Assembly (NCBI RefSeq): GCF_006345805.1
Contig: NC_043015.1
Span: forward strand, 52,390,001-52,454,000
DNA: 64,000 nt
From: Octopus sinensis
Taxonomy: Eukaryota
Reading direction: 5' to 3'
Position 1 is the first letter of the stretch; the number at the start of each line of letters is the position of its first letter. The notes beneath the pieces were generated by a model. It worked only from the letters and a program-made list of their open reading frames with translations, was not told where the DNA came from and ran no database searches. Of the stretch, positions 12,496-26,214 are shown piece after piece. A program made the translations under genes and the position numbers.

Positions 12496-12785
12496 CATGT
12501 GCGTTCACATGCACAGTTTTGCATGCACCATAAGCAGTTTACGCATATATATTTATACATGTATATAGGTGTGTGTGAGCGTATGCGTGTGTGTGATTAT
12601 ATGTGTATATATATATATATATATGAGTGTGTGTGTGTGTATGTATTCAGAATTAAACTAGCATTAAGAACATAAATATTTGCTTTAAATATGGTAAGCA
12701 TGAATTTATATGTGTGAGTATGTGAGTGTATTTGTCGACACACACACACACACACACAATATATATATATATTAATATATATATA

Positions 12786-12824
<39 letters not shown>

Positions 12825-12898
12825 TATATACATATATATGTACATGTATATATATATATAGTAATATATGTATGTATGTATGTATATATTATATATAT

Positions 12899-12947
<49 letters not shown>

Positions 12948-13307
12948 TATATACATATATATATACATATATGTATATCTTATATAGTATATATATATAT
13001 GCACATATATGAATATATCTGCACATATATGAATATGTGTGTCTTTATGTGAAGTAGGTCTTTGTGTGTTTGGTTTTATAGAGGGATGAAAATCGAACTC
13101 AGTACATTATTTAGAGTATATCTATGCTATACTTTAAACATTTGAATTATCATTGTTGAATCTAAATACACATCTTTTTCTACAAAATGTTACCATAAAG
13201 GGGAAGAGTCTTCCCTTTCGTGTGAGATATTTTTCAATTTTCATCATAAAAAAAACAATAATGATGATGATGATGATGATGATTATGATGATGACGATGA
13301 CGATGAC

Positions 13308-13338
<31 letters not shown>

Positions 13339-13410
13339 GTGACGACGATGATGATGTTGATGATGATGCGGGAAGGTAGGAATATAGAAGCACGCATGTA
13401 TGTATGTACG

Positions 13411-13460
<50 letters not shown>

Positions 13461-13467
13461 CACACAC

Positions 13468-13500
<33 letters not shown>

Positions 13501-13743
13501 CAAATACATATATCTATACATACATATATATATACATACGTATACATGTATGTATATGTATCTATGTATGAATATGTATATGCATGTACATATATATATA
13601 TGAATGTATTGATAGATACACACATATGTGTGTGTTTGTGTGTATCTGACTGCTTATGAATACACATATCATAAATATATGTAAATATAATCATATAGAT
13701 ACATACATACACGTATACATATATGTTCTATTATATATATCTG

Positions 13744-13806
<63 letters not shown>

Positions 13807-14090
13807 TATTATGTATGTATGTATGTATACATACATACGCATACATATATTTGCGTACACATACATGTATACACACACACATACATATATGTATATGTAT
13901 ATATATGCGTGTATGTATATGTGGACAAATATGCATGGTAAGTATGTATGTATGCATGAAAAGTGTATATGTATGCATGTGTGTATGTACAGATGTATAT
14001 ATGTATCTCTACATGTATGCATACATGCATTTATGTATGCATGCATGTATGCATGTATGTATTCTATATACTACAAAGCAATCTTCAAAG
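12085..14090. repeat. (TG)n/(TA)n/(TATG)n/(GAT)n microsatellite block
   Basis: Direct reading. Confidence 0.95.
12360..12462 (-). mobile_element. 5'-truncated copy of the short element seen at 38200-38372 (lacks the ribozyme)
   Basis: Shares GTGAAACAAGGTGGAAAAAAGAGTACTCAAATACCAG.GGTAGAGTAATATGCTTTATT and AAGCAGCAGAAA with 38.2-38.37 kb. Confidence 0.7.
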
Positions 14091-14358
14091 AAATACAATT
14101 GTAGATATTTTCTTTGATTATGCAGCATCATTTTAGATCCAGAGGAATGGTACGGAGTGGTGGCCGGGGGAGGGGCGATTGTCGTCATCATCCCCCACAC
14201 ACACACACACGCGCACTCACACAAACGCATACATACGCATACGCATACACTCACATTTACATACACAAAATGGCATTTGCCTGCCTCCAACGCACAATTG
14301 GTTGTGTTTCTGACTCAGATCCCAATATTGCTGCTGCTGCTACTGCTGCTGCTGCTAC

Positions 14359-14389
<31 letters not shown>

Positions 14390-14458
14390 ACTGCTGCTGC
14401 TGCTCTTGTTATTACTATTCTTGTTACTGCTGTTGTTGTTATGGTTGTTGTTGTTGTT

Positions 14459-14828
14459 ATTACCTCCGACTTAGCGAAGGCGGGGGTATTGTTTTCAGTC
14501 GTATTTGTTTGTTTGTCCGTTGACTAGATATCTCAAGAACCACTGGATGGATTCGGATGAAACTTCCAGGGATGTTTAGCCTCGTAAATGGCACGAACTG
14601 ATTGGAATTGGGGATCGATTCGGTACCAGAAAAGGATTCTGGATTATTTTACCTGTTTTATTTTACTTAAATTCCCAGAGCGGTTGAGTTCATTTTTAGT
14701 ATTCTCATTTGTGAGAGCAGTCGAGATTGTTTCAGATATTCTCATTTTAAAAATCATCTCTGGCTAATCGTTGAGAGGATGTTGGTGTTGCCTTGGTGGA
14801 GGTTTGCGCTCTCTGACTGCTCTTGTTT
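14459..14828 (+). mobile_element. Non-autonomous Helentron/DINE-like element, copy 1
   Basis: 5' ACCTCCGACTTAGC is inverted to subterminal GCCTTGGTGGAGGT, with an internal (GTTT)n, a 3' stem-loop GCGCTCTCTGACTGC and T-rich flanks. Closely similar to 45449-45825. Confidence 0.7.
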
Positions 14829-15692
14829 TAAACTGTTTTATAGAGGTAATATCCGAGCATTACAACAGCTTTGCCATAGCGAGGTGCTAAATGTTGCTTT
14901 CACTATGGGTTTTGTCGTTGCTGTTGTTGTTGATGTTGACATCACCGTTGTCACTGTTATTGTGTTGTTGTTTTTGTTGTTGTTGTTGTTGTTATTGCTG
15001 CAATTTTTTGGCTCCAGGTGGGACATAAATGACCAAATCTACAGTAAATAATGTTCCAACAATGACCACCACTCCTTTTGTTTCGTAGCTAATATTTTTC
15101 TAATAGTTGTCCGATATAAGATTAGATATTGAAGGGTGTTTTTTTTCTTATGACGATGGAGTATGTTTTAATGGGAACTTTCACTGCTATTTCTAACAGA
15201 TCACGCAACTATATAGAGAGTCCCTTGCTACTGGACTTCCTACTGTTATTGTTACTGCTGCTGTTGTTGCCTTTGCTGCTGCTGCTGTTTTTGTTGTTGC
15301 TGTTTATGTTTAGCTTCTAGCGTCCAATATTGAACAACGTTCTAGTAAACATTCTGTAGCATTTTCAGATACGATATAACTATAGCGAGCTCACTGAAGG
15401 CCGTCGTCGACGCGTTGTTCCTAAGATCAACAGAAGCGCATCTTCGCTACTCGTGCAATTCCTGCCAAAGACACTGAAAGTGTGATAAAGCGTTACTTAT
15501 GATGATGTATTCTTCTTGCGAGGATCCCCATGTTTTAAGGATACATAACATATGACCTTCCTCCTCGTATACGCTTGCATAAAGTCTCGCGTTAGGAGGT
15601 ATTTTCCTTGGTCACATAGCACTGCCATATAAATTTTTCTGTTAAGTGACACATTTTCATAACCCATTCTAAAAAAAAATGGATTAAAAAGA

Positions 15693-16103
15693 ATTCGTCC
15701 TATTTTTCTGAACTGCTATGTTAGCTTAGCGATAGCTATTAACACCCAGTACTGCTGCCGCAGTCTCCTTTAGAGGGAGTTAAAACTAATAATATTTCCA
15801 TTTTTTTTAAACCAGTGGATGCGTTCCACTGAATATATATAAATAAACCTTCGAACAGACACTCAATAGCGACGCCTGCTGGATTCGGCTTCTCCACGTT
15901 GAAAAGGGGCAAATACCCCGAAACGAGTCTGTGGGAGTTGAACCAGCAAGTTGGAAGCTGATGACCTCCCCTATTCGAAGGTTGTAATGGACACTGATTT
16001 GTGTTTCACATAGCTAGCTAGAGGCAATGGCCTCTTGGAGCTAATCAACGACGGCATTCGTCCTATTTTCTGGACTGCCGTGTTAGCTTGGCCATATCTG
16101 TTA
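15693..16103 (+). mobile_element. Short hammerhead-bearing repeat unit with upstream partial direct repeat and a 16-nt inverted piece
   Basis: 15950-16103 is homologous to the right arm of the 36.7-37.1 kb hairpin; 15693-15790 repeats and extends its 3' end; ATAAACCTTCGAACAG at ~15843 is inverted. Confidence 0.6.
15891..15937 (+). ncRNA. Decayed type I hammerhead-like motif
   Basis: TCTCCACG-TTGAAAA-GGGG(CAAATA)CCCC-GAAAC-GA-GTC-TGTGGGA. Helices I and II and GAAAC/GTC are in register; the core differs from CTGAAGA by two transitions. Confidence 0.55.
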
Positions 16104-16324
16104 ATATATATATATTATTGTATGTATGTATGTATATACATACATATATATATATACATATATACATGTATATAAAAATCTTTTTCGTAATGAGATAAAA
16201 ACCAAGGCAGTGTAGAATTTAGAACATTTATAAATAGGTCTTCCAGCTGTTTCTAGGGTATTTATTATCTCCTTCATATATATATATATATATATAATAT
16301 ATATATATATACATACATACTACA

Positions 16325-16360
<36 letters not shown>

Positions 16361-16388
16361 CATATATATATTATATATATATACATAT

Positions 16389-16545
16389 GAGCTTCTTTAA
16401 GTTTCGTCTACCAAATTCACTCACAAGGCATTGGACATTCGTCGGCTCGAAGCTACAGTAGAAGACAGTTGGTCAAAGTGCTGCGCAGTAGAAATGAAAC
16501 CGAAACTACGTTGTGCAAAGCGAGCTTCTTAACAACACATCCATA
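16389..16545 (-). mobile_element. SINE family A, 5' half
   Basis: Matches head and first body of family A. Confidence 0.75.
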
Positions 16546-16844
16546 TTTGTACCTGCATGTTAATGCTCGTTGTTGTTTTTGGGGGGTTTCTTTGCGGTTG
16601 ATTTGTTTTGTTTTGAATTGCTTACTTTGCTTTCTGGAATGGACATGTGACTGGCAAAAACATAACTGGAGTTATAATTGTACAGAACGGTAAAAATGCA
16701 AGATTTACCCCCAAAATATCCAGTATATTTCAAAAGTTTTCCCACTGAGATTTTCTTTTTTTTTTTTTATTTGACAAGTAAAAAATACCTCGAAAATCCT
16801 CGGAATCAGGTAAAGATACATCAGCTCAAGGCACTTTGTAATAA

Positions 16845-17439
<595 letters not shown>

Positions 17440-17673
17440 TCTACTATAGGCACAAAGCCTAAAATTTTGGGGGAAACAATAAGCATGCAAATTACAATCA
17501 AGAGAAATGGGATGTAAAAAAAAGTCGATTAGATCGACTCCAGTACTCAACTGGTACTTAATTTTAGCGACCCTGAAAGAATGAAAAGCGAAGTCGACCT
17601 TGGTGGAGTTTGAACTCAGAACGTAGCGACGGGCGAAATACCGCTAAGCATTTCACCCGGCGTGCTAACGATT
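17440..17673 (-). mobile_element. SINE family B
   Basis: Family B head, B-box and body. Confidence 0.85.
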
Positions 17674-17707
17674 ATTATTGTTGTTATTATTATTATTATT
17701 ATTATTA

Positions 17708-17740
<33 letters not shown>

Positions 17741-18700
17741 GTCGATGATGAATCTGATGATGATGACGATAATGATGATGATGATGATTTGTTAATAATT
17801 TCTAATAATGATAATTATTTATGTCCCAGCGTCGTTAATTTATGCGAATCAGTCGTTAATTTATGCCTGGAGGCTGCAATTTACATTCCTCAACACAAAT
17901 ATATTCATGTTTCCATTGTTAAAGTTCGCTCTTTTTCGTATAAATTTCATTCCTTTTTCTCTCCTGGTAACACATTAAAAAGGTCGGAGTAACATTGACA
18001 CCGGAAACCCAGAAATGATAAAACTTTTATTGCATTCTCCGCCGCATATTAATTTCCTTGTGTGTTGTAATGTATTTAATAAGTTAACCACTTAACTAAT
18101 TGTATCCATTGTATTTCATGGACATGAACTTATTAATTTAGTAAAATTTTTAAGCAATTTATTTTGCAAAGATTACCAACGTACTTTGTACTTTGTAAAT
18201 GCGTTGAAAGTACGGTGAAGGATACTATTTACCGATGACGCTTGAGCAAACTGAAACATGACCAAAGTTGTTTCCCGTAATCACCGGAAAAGAATTATTG
18301 AAAAAAATACATAAATTAAACATCACTTATATTTTGTCTTTTATTTATTTCAGGTATGAGACTGCAGCCATGCTATATAAGAAAAAGAGAGAAGATATGA
18401 GATATTATGTTTTCTCTTTTTTTTATGTTGAGGACATTAAACACGTTGACACTATTCTATTTGCTGGATATTATAGGGGTGATGACTCTGACTGGGTTTC
18501 ACCCTGATGATGACCTCATCAGTGAGATTTACTTAATAATTCTTTGCCCATCTGTGCACTGACCAAACAATTGTTTTGAAAATGTAGAAGAATTACGAAG
18601 ATTGTACATTTGTTGGTCCAAATTGTCTTAAAATCAGAAATGGTTCTCTATTTACACGTATGTATATACACATACATATATATATACATATATATATATG

Positions 18701-18766
<66 letters not shown>

Positions 18767-18775
18767 TATATATAT

Positions 18776-18997
18776 GTGTGTGGTTTGTGTGTCTGTGTTT
18801 GTCCCCCTAGTATTGCTTGACAACCGATGCTGGTGTGTTTATGTCCCCGTTACTTAGAGCGGTTCGGCAAAAGAGACCGATAGAATAAGTACTGGGCTTA
18901 CAAAAGAATAAGTCCCAGGGTCGAGTTGCTCGATTAAAGGCGGTGCTCCAGCATGGCCGCAGTCAAATGACAGAAACAAGTAAAAGAGTAAAGAGTA

Positions 18998-18998
<1 letters not shown>
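18776..18998 (+). mobile_element. SINE family A, 3' half
   Basis: CTTGACAACCGATGCTGGTGTG...GGTGCTCCAGCATGGCCGCAGTCAAATGAC, ending in an (AAAGAGT)n tail. Confidence 0.8.
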
Positions 18999-19028
<30 letters not shown>

Positions 19029-19394
19029 AAGTTATATTATATATTTATTCATATATAGAGAGAGAGCGATGGATAGGTAAGTAGATATGTATATGTATAT
19101 ACTCACACACATATATCTGTGTGTGTGTGTTTACGTATATATATATATGTATATATATGCGTGTGTGTGTGTATGAGCGTATATGTGCGTGCGTGTGTGC
19201 GTATGGGTGTGCGCGCGTTGCGTGTGCGTGTGCGTGTGTGCTAATTAGCTCGACAAATTGATTCTTCCATCCATCAAAAGCTAAAACTATGACCACCAAC
19301 CACAAACCCCCGTTTTACTCCGTTTATTAATCTTCTTTGCACACTTGTTGTCTTTCTGATTTATATTTTCTTACTCACGTTCAACTTCCTCCTC

Positions 19395-19465
19395 TCTCTC
19401 TTCCCGCCATTTCCCTTTCTCTCTTCCCGCCATTTCTCTCCTCTCTTCCCGCCATTTCCCTTCTC
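19395..19465. repeat. Three tandem copies of a ~22-25 bp unit CTCTCTTCCCGCCATTT
   Basis: Direct reading. Confidence 0.85.
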
Positions 19466-19499
19466 TCATCATTCTTATAATTGATGTTATTGCTGTGGC

Positions 19500-20720
19500 T
19501 AATACAACACGAGGTTACCGCTGCCTCAGCGCTATCTCGTCGTTCTTGCGCTTGCTGCTATCGTTGTTGCTGCTGTTGGTGGTGGTGGTGCTATCGTTAG
19601 TGTTGCTTATGTGGTTGGTTTTGTTGTTGTTGTTCTTCTTATTATTGTTGTTTTTGTTGTTGGTCTTCTTTTATTGTTGTTCTTGTTGTTGTTGTTCTTC
19701 TTATTATTGTTGTTTTTGTTGTTGTTCTTCTTATTATTATTATTGTTGTTTTTGTTGTTGTTCTTCTTATTATTGTTGTTCTTGTTGTTGTTGTTGGTCT
19801 TCTTATTATTGTTGTTCTTGTTGTTGTTGTTCTTCTTATTATTGTTGTTTTTGTTGTTGGTCTTGGCGAAGTCGTTTTTGTTGTTGCTGCTGTTGTCGTT
19901 GGTGCCGTTCGTACTTATGTTACCGTTTCGCTTTTGTTGTTGTTGTTGTTGCTGTTGCTGGTGGTGGTCGTGGAGGGGGGAGTGTAGTTCTCTTGATCCT
20001 CTGATGGTATTGCCACTTCTACAGCTGCTGAGGTTATTGTTGTTGCTGCTACTACTGCTGCTGCTGCTGCTGTTGTTGCTGTTATTGTTGCTGGTGTTCA
20101 TGTCGTTGTTCTTGTTATTGTTGTTGTTGCTGTTGTTGTAAGTCAATCGCACCATACTTCTCGATCCCCACCACCAACCCCCACCTCCACCACCACCACC
20201 ACCACCACCTTCTACACCCCCTCACCTCACCCCACCCCACCCTAACTCCTCTACTTACTCGACGTAATCGTCATTTATCATCGATGTTTGACATCGATAT
20301 AGCAACCACCAGCGCCACCATCACCATCACCCCCACCACTACATCCGCCACCACTACAACCTCCACCACCATCACACACACACACACATGCACACTGTCA
20401 CCTCATGACTATAGCAAGCGATCATTGCCGACTCCCATCCATGCCACCAGTAACGCCACCACCACTACAACCACTGTCGCATTCATCACCACCAGCGCCA
20501 CCATCAGCAGCCGTGACCCTCCCCGACACCTCCGCCGTTTCTACCACCACCACCAGCACCACGAACACCACCAGCAAAACCACCACCACCTTCCTCTCCT
20601 CCGCCGCCTGGATCGTTTATTCCAGTAAACATTTAATGAAAGCTGACGCTAATGTCGTCATAATTGAAGTTGTTATTGTTGTTGTTGTTAATATTGGTGT
20701 TGTTCTTGTGGTGCTGGTGG
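19500..20720. repeat. (TTG)n/(ACC)n low complexity, including ~8 higher-order (TTG)nTTCTTC(TTA)n units at 19620-19865
   Basis: Direct reading. Confidence 0.85.
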
Positions 20721-21168
20721 GTGGTGCTGGTGGTAGTTTCTGGTGCTGGTTGTGTCTTAATTGCGATTATATTACCGTTCTTCAACCCCAGGTCGGCGTC
20801 ACCACCTCACTTCCCATCCATGAAAGACCAAATCATAAATCATTGACATTCCAGTTTCTACATGGTCTCTCGACCTGCCAGATATAATAGTCAAATGCTT
20901 CATAATAGAGGAATATCGAGGACACACACACACACTAAGATAGATAGATAGATAAAAAGATAGACAGATCCCTCCCTCTCCCCACTTTCTCGCCTCTTCC
21001 TCTCTTACCCTCTATTTCCCTCTCTCCCTCTCTCTCTTTTCCTCTCTCTCTCTTCCTCTCTCGTTCGTGCTATATATATATATATATACATACATATATA
21101 TGTGTGCATATATATATATATATTATATACACACACATATATGTACGTATGTATATATATATGTATGC

Positions 21169-21224
<56 letters not shown>

Positions 21225-21226
<2 letters not shown>

Positions 21227-21606
21227 AAGCGCAATGACCCAATGGTTAAGGCAGTGGACTTGCGGTCGTAGGACCGAAGTTTCGATTCCCTGATCGAGCG
21301 TTGTGAGTGTTTATTGAACGAAAACACATAAAGCTCCACGTGGCTCCTGCAGGGTGTGGTGGCGAACCCTGCTGTACACTTTCCCCACTACTTTCTCTCG
21401 CTCTTTCTTCCTGTTTCATTTGTACAAGCATTTCAAAGGGGTCAGCCTTGTCACGTTCTGTGTCTTGCTGAATCTCCCCCAAGAACAACGTTAAGTGTGC
21501 ACATGTCTGTGGAGTGCTCAGCCACTTGCACGTTAATTTCACGAACAAGCTGTTCCGTTGATCGGATCAAATGGAACTCTCGTCGTCATAACCGACGCAG
21601 TGCCAC
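21225..21606 (+). mobile_element. tRNA-derived SINE, family C, full length
   Basis: GGAAGCGCAATGACCCAATGGTTAAGGC head, GTTTCGATTCCC B-box, 3' module GCACGTTAATTTCACGA...GTGCCAC. Confidence 0.85.
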
Positions 21607-21790
21607 GACGATATATATAAAATTAAGATTCAGTTAAATTAGATACCTGTCCATCTTTGTTACTTATTTAAATGTGTGTGTGTGTGAGTGTGTGTGCTTA
21701 TACGTGTGTGTTTGTGTGTGTGTGTGTATACACTCTTTATACACTCTTTCAACCTTCTTTCGTGCCTTTATTTTATATTTTATTATTTTT

Positions 21791-21818
21791 CGGATGAAAG
21801 ACTAGTTTCCGAAACGTC
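21791..21818 (+). ncRNA. Highly degenerate minimal hammerhead-like motif
   Basis: CGGATGA-AAGACTAGTTTCC-GAAAC-GTC; helix I partner absent. Confidence 0.3.
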
Positions 21819-21926
21819 TTAACAATGTCCTTTTAATTTAAACGCTAAACTAATATAACATTTGTTAAAATGTGTTCCTTACGTGCCGTCTTCATTATGT
21901 ACTCACCGCCCAGCATAAATAAATAA

Positions 21927-21963
<37 letters not shown>

Positions 21964-22264
21964 TTGTATTTATGCATATTTATAATTATATGTATGTGTG
22001 TGTGCATGTGCGTATGTATATACATGTTTATGTGTATATATATATATATATAAGACGAAGAGAGAGTGCAGGTTAAATTGGAGGTGGAACTGTTTGGTAA
22101 TACTGCTGACGCAGTTGGATTCTGCGCAGACTGACGAAAACCCAATGTTATCAGTACAAGACGCTGCCAGTCGCTTCTGGCTCCTTTCCATATCGGGTTT
22201 TCATCAGCATTTTCAAGGAACCATCCAAACCTGCAGCCATGCTATATTTGTATGTGTGTGTACA

Positions 22265-22306
<42 letters not shown>

Positions 22307-22380
22307 GAACATCTCTTTGTGTCTATGTGCGTATGTACATATATATATATAATATATACGTATGCATATATATAAATTAG

Positions 22381-22427
<47 letters not shown>

Positions 22428-22624
22428 CATGCATATAGATATTTATATATATGTATTTTGCATCTCTCTCTTTCTCTGTCTGTCTCTCTCTCTCTCTCTC
22501 CCTTCTTTTCTCTCATGCACACACACACATATACAGTTCCTTCTTCCTTATTTTCTATATCTCTTTTGCCCCCCACCCCTTGTCATTTTACCTTATTTTT
22601 AGTCATGCAAAAGAACAGCAGTTG

Positions 22625-22865
22625 AAGACACGCGGCCTAATATTCAGGGTGTCGCAGTTACTATCGCAAGATCTAGGTTTCGATTCCCAGGCCAGGCCGT
22701 GCGTTCGTTTCTTGAGCAAAAAACATTTCATTTCACGTTTGCTCCAGTCCACTGGCCCGCCACTCACTGGCGTCTCTCGTTGAAGCGGGTGGGCGGAGGG
22801 AGTGCCATGATCCCATTAATTTGTACGTCATGCAGTCCGGGTAACTCTACGCGTTCAAGCGTTGA
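22625..22865 (+). mobile_element. Diverged SINE, family C-related
   Basis: tRNA-like head, GTTTCGATTCCC, TTGCTCCAGTCCACT body. Confidence 0.6.
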
Positions 22866-22889
22866 AGATGATAATGTACAAGGGGTGAC

Positions 22890-23105
22890 GAGGATGTTGA
22901 TGATGATGACGATGATTATGATGCTGACGCTGATGATGATGATGATGACAACAACGACAACGATGACAATGACGGCAGTGGTAGTGGTGGTTGTGGTCGT
23001 CGTCGTCGTCATCGTGGTTGTGGTGGTTGCAGTAGGGAGGAGGAGGAGGAAGGGATGAAGGACGGGAGGAGGAGGGACAATGACGACAACGACGACGACG
23101 ATGAG

Positions 23106-23138
<33 letters not shown>

Positions 23139-23188
23139 GGTGGTGGTGGTGATAATGATGATGACGACGACGATGACGATGATAACGG

Positions 23189-23219
<31 letters not shown>

Positions 23220-23375
23220 AATGATGGTGATGATGATGATGATCATCATGATAGTGGTGATGATGACGATGATGATGATGATGATGACGACGACGACGAC
23301 GACGCCGATGATGATAGTGATGATGGCGGCGGCGGTGGTGGTGGTGGTAATGATGATGGTTATGGTGTTGAAACG
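22890..23375. repeat. (GAT)n/(GAC)n/(GGT)n microsatellite
   Basis: Direct reading. Confidence 0.95.
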
Positions 23376-24399
23376 CACTAAAAGCCGAATGATCAGAAGA
23401 GAAATCAATGGCGAAGTCCTGAAGTTGAAAACGAGGCTAACGTAGCTCAGCGTTATGTTGTGTAAGCAGAGCAGACAAACAAGGGTTGCGAAGATACCTA
23501 TCCTCGTGGAGTGGGGGCTGATACAGTGTGACAGAAAGGATAAAATGTTCTCTTCACAATCCTGTAATCCAGGGTTCGATCCTACTGTGCGACATCTCGA
23601 CCAATTTTTATTTCACCATTGCTCTGGATCCGCCGAAAAACTGGGTTGACGGGTACACTGCTAGGGAGGTGTTTCGGGTGGATTATTATTTAAAGGTTAT
23701 TATAGCCTCGTGACACACTGTGTCATGCTCAGTCTGTCTGGGAATTACGTTACGAATACACGTGTCTGCGGAATACTCGGCTATTCAGCAATCTGGGTAT
23801 TGCTTCGAGAGCAGGTAATTCAGTCGAGATCAAACAGTTGAAATCTTCCCGTTTTCGGCATATTTGGCATTAGAATTTTTCTTTCGTCCTAATTTTGTAA
23901 ATTATTTATAAATTTAACCTTTGAAGGTATTTTTTGATATGCTGGCCATTGATAACATTTTTTTCCCGAAAGAAGACGCAACAGAAGGGAAGAAAAAATA
24001 AAAATAACAGTTCAAATAAAGTTGTTTTTTTTTTTAATAAATGATAGCTGTGAAAAGAGAGTTCAAATCCAGGTAAAGAAATAAATTTTCGGCCGAAAGG
24101 TACTCCTGGCCAATTCTTTTAATCCACGTGGGCACAAAAATTTTCAAATACAATTTCTCACAATTATGTGAGACAACACACACATCTCCACCGCAAGGCA
24201 GACAAAAAGCTTCGAAATCCAGTAAGGACTCCCTGCCTGTTCAAAAAAATTAAAACCAACGAGCAACAAATCCTACCGGACTCAAAAAGCGAAGAGTCTT
24301 ACCTTACAGCGTCTTTCAGTTCAACTTTCGCCAGATGCATACCAGCGTGACGACTTTCAACAGGTGCGTGAACACTGTTTTTGTTCTTTTTTCTTTTTA

Positions 24400-24690
24400 G
24401 GACGGAGCTCAGACCGAGGCGTCCTCACAGTTCAACCGGAAGCAAGCTTCTTACCAGACAGACACGCCTATGTTTTATCTTTTCTTTGTTTCTGTAATTA
24501 GATTGTGGCCATTCTGGGGCACCGGCTTGGAGAATTTTAGTCGAACGAATCGACCCCGATACATAGTTCTTCGAAGTTTGGGTACTTATTAAATCGGTCT
24601 GTTTTGCCGAACCGCTGTTTTACGGGGACGTAAACACATCAACACCGGTTGTCAAGTGGTGGAAGGAGACAAACATACAAATACACGCGC
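24400..24690 (-). mobile_element. Diverged SINE family A fragments
   Basis: Head at ~24400-24470 and body at ~24500-24690. Confidence 0.65.
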
Positions 24691-25240
24691 ACATACAAGC
24701 ATACGTAACATACTTACATACATGCACACACATGTGCAAATAGATATACATATACATAAGCATGTATGTATATAATATATAGATATATATATATATATAT
24801 ATACATACACTAATATACACGTATATACGCCAATGTGTATTTATATATATTTGTGTGTACGTGAGTGTGTGCGTGCGTGCGTGTGTGTGTGTGAGTGCGT
24901 GAGCGTGTGTGTGTGAATGCGTGTGTGTGAATGTGTGTGTATGAGTGCGTGTGTATGTTTGAGTGCGTGTGTGTGAGTTCTTGTGTATGTGTGTGAGTGC
25001 GTGTGTGTGAGTGCGTGTGTATGTGAGTGCGTGTGTGTATGAGTGCGTGTGTATGTTTGAGTGCGTGTGTTTGTGAGTTCTTGTGCATGTGTGTAAGTGC
25101 GTGTGTGTGTGAGCGCGTGTGTGTGAGTGCGTGTGAGTGTGTGAGTGCGTATGTGTGTAAATTTGTGTGCGCATGTGTGTGTGTGCATGATTACGTGTGA
25201 ATACGGTGCACCCATATGCATGTTTATATGGTTACATGTG

Positions 25241-25281
<41 letters not shown>

Positions 25282-25621
25282 TTCTTTGTATATAAAAGTG
25301 TATAGATATATGTATATATATTTACAACAGCACATATGATACCATAGACATATGTATATGTGTGTGTGTGTGAGAGAGAGAGTGTGTGAGTGTGCGTGTT
25401 TTACGTGATCCTGGTGGCAACGGAAACGGAATGACGTCAGCAATCTGTCCATTTCTCACCAGTAAAACTCCCCTGAGGACAGGGACACCACACTTACATG
25501 TACTACTGTAACATAATGATGGCATGTATTATAGGGTGGGGTAGAGTGGGTGGGGTGGACAGTGGGGATAGCGCTGGTGAGGAGCAGCATGTATACAGTA
25601 GAATGGTGGTGGTGGTGATTC

Positions 25622-25658
<37 letters not shown>

Positions 25659-26214
25659 CGTAGTAGTAGTAGTAGTAGTAGTAACAAAAGCAGACGAAGA
25701 ACGATGATGATGATGACGATGAGGAGAAGAAGAAGAAGGAGAGGAAGAAGGGGAGGAGGAGAGGAGAAGAAGATATGAAAGCAATGGTGATGACAATGGA
25801 GGAGGGGAATGATGATGATGATAGCGACGACGACGATGATGGTGATGATGATGATGATGATGATGATGATGTCAGAGATTCGTGTAAAGCAGAAGTAGAA
25901 AAACCTTTGCGTTATGCAAATTAGTCGATGAAGTTCTCTATAGCCCCTGGATTTCTCTTGTATGTAAACAGATTGGCTGCTTGCTTCTCTGAGATTGGTC
26001 AAGCGATACAGACGACTCTGATGAGAACTCAATAAGGTTGGAAAATCAATCAAGACTGTTCGTAGATTTTTTTCCTTTTCTTTTCAATCTACGGACAAAT
26101 AGTAAAATTAGCCCCGTTTATATGTGTTATATAGGATACATATATAGCATACCTTGATATTGTACTGACTGAGATCCCTTATGACAGGCTGATGATAATA
26201 TATAAACAGTTATA

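Noticed and set aside
15368-15485. Exon-like CpG-rich stretch after TTTTCAG
   Set aside because: No frame gives a recognisable product, donor sites are weak, and both strands are equally unconvincing.
17970-18300. MITE starting AAGGTCGGAGTAACATTGACACCG
   Set aside because: No matching opposite terminus found in the window.
18331-18507. Exon after the strong acceptor TTTTATTTATTTCAG
   Set aside because: No convincing donor, unrecognisable peptide, stop shortly after.
18504-18526. CTGATGA motif
   Set aside because: It pairs with its own complement TCATCAG and no GAAA follows.
26011-26055. CTGATGA...GAAA hammerhead candidate
   Set aside because: Closing pair of helix II mismatched; no helix I or helix III.
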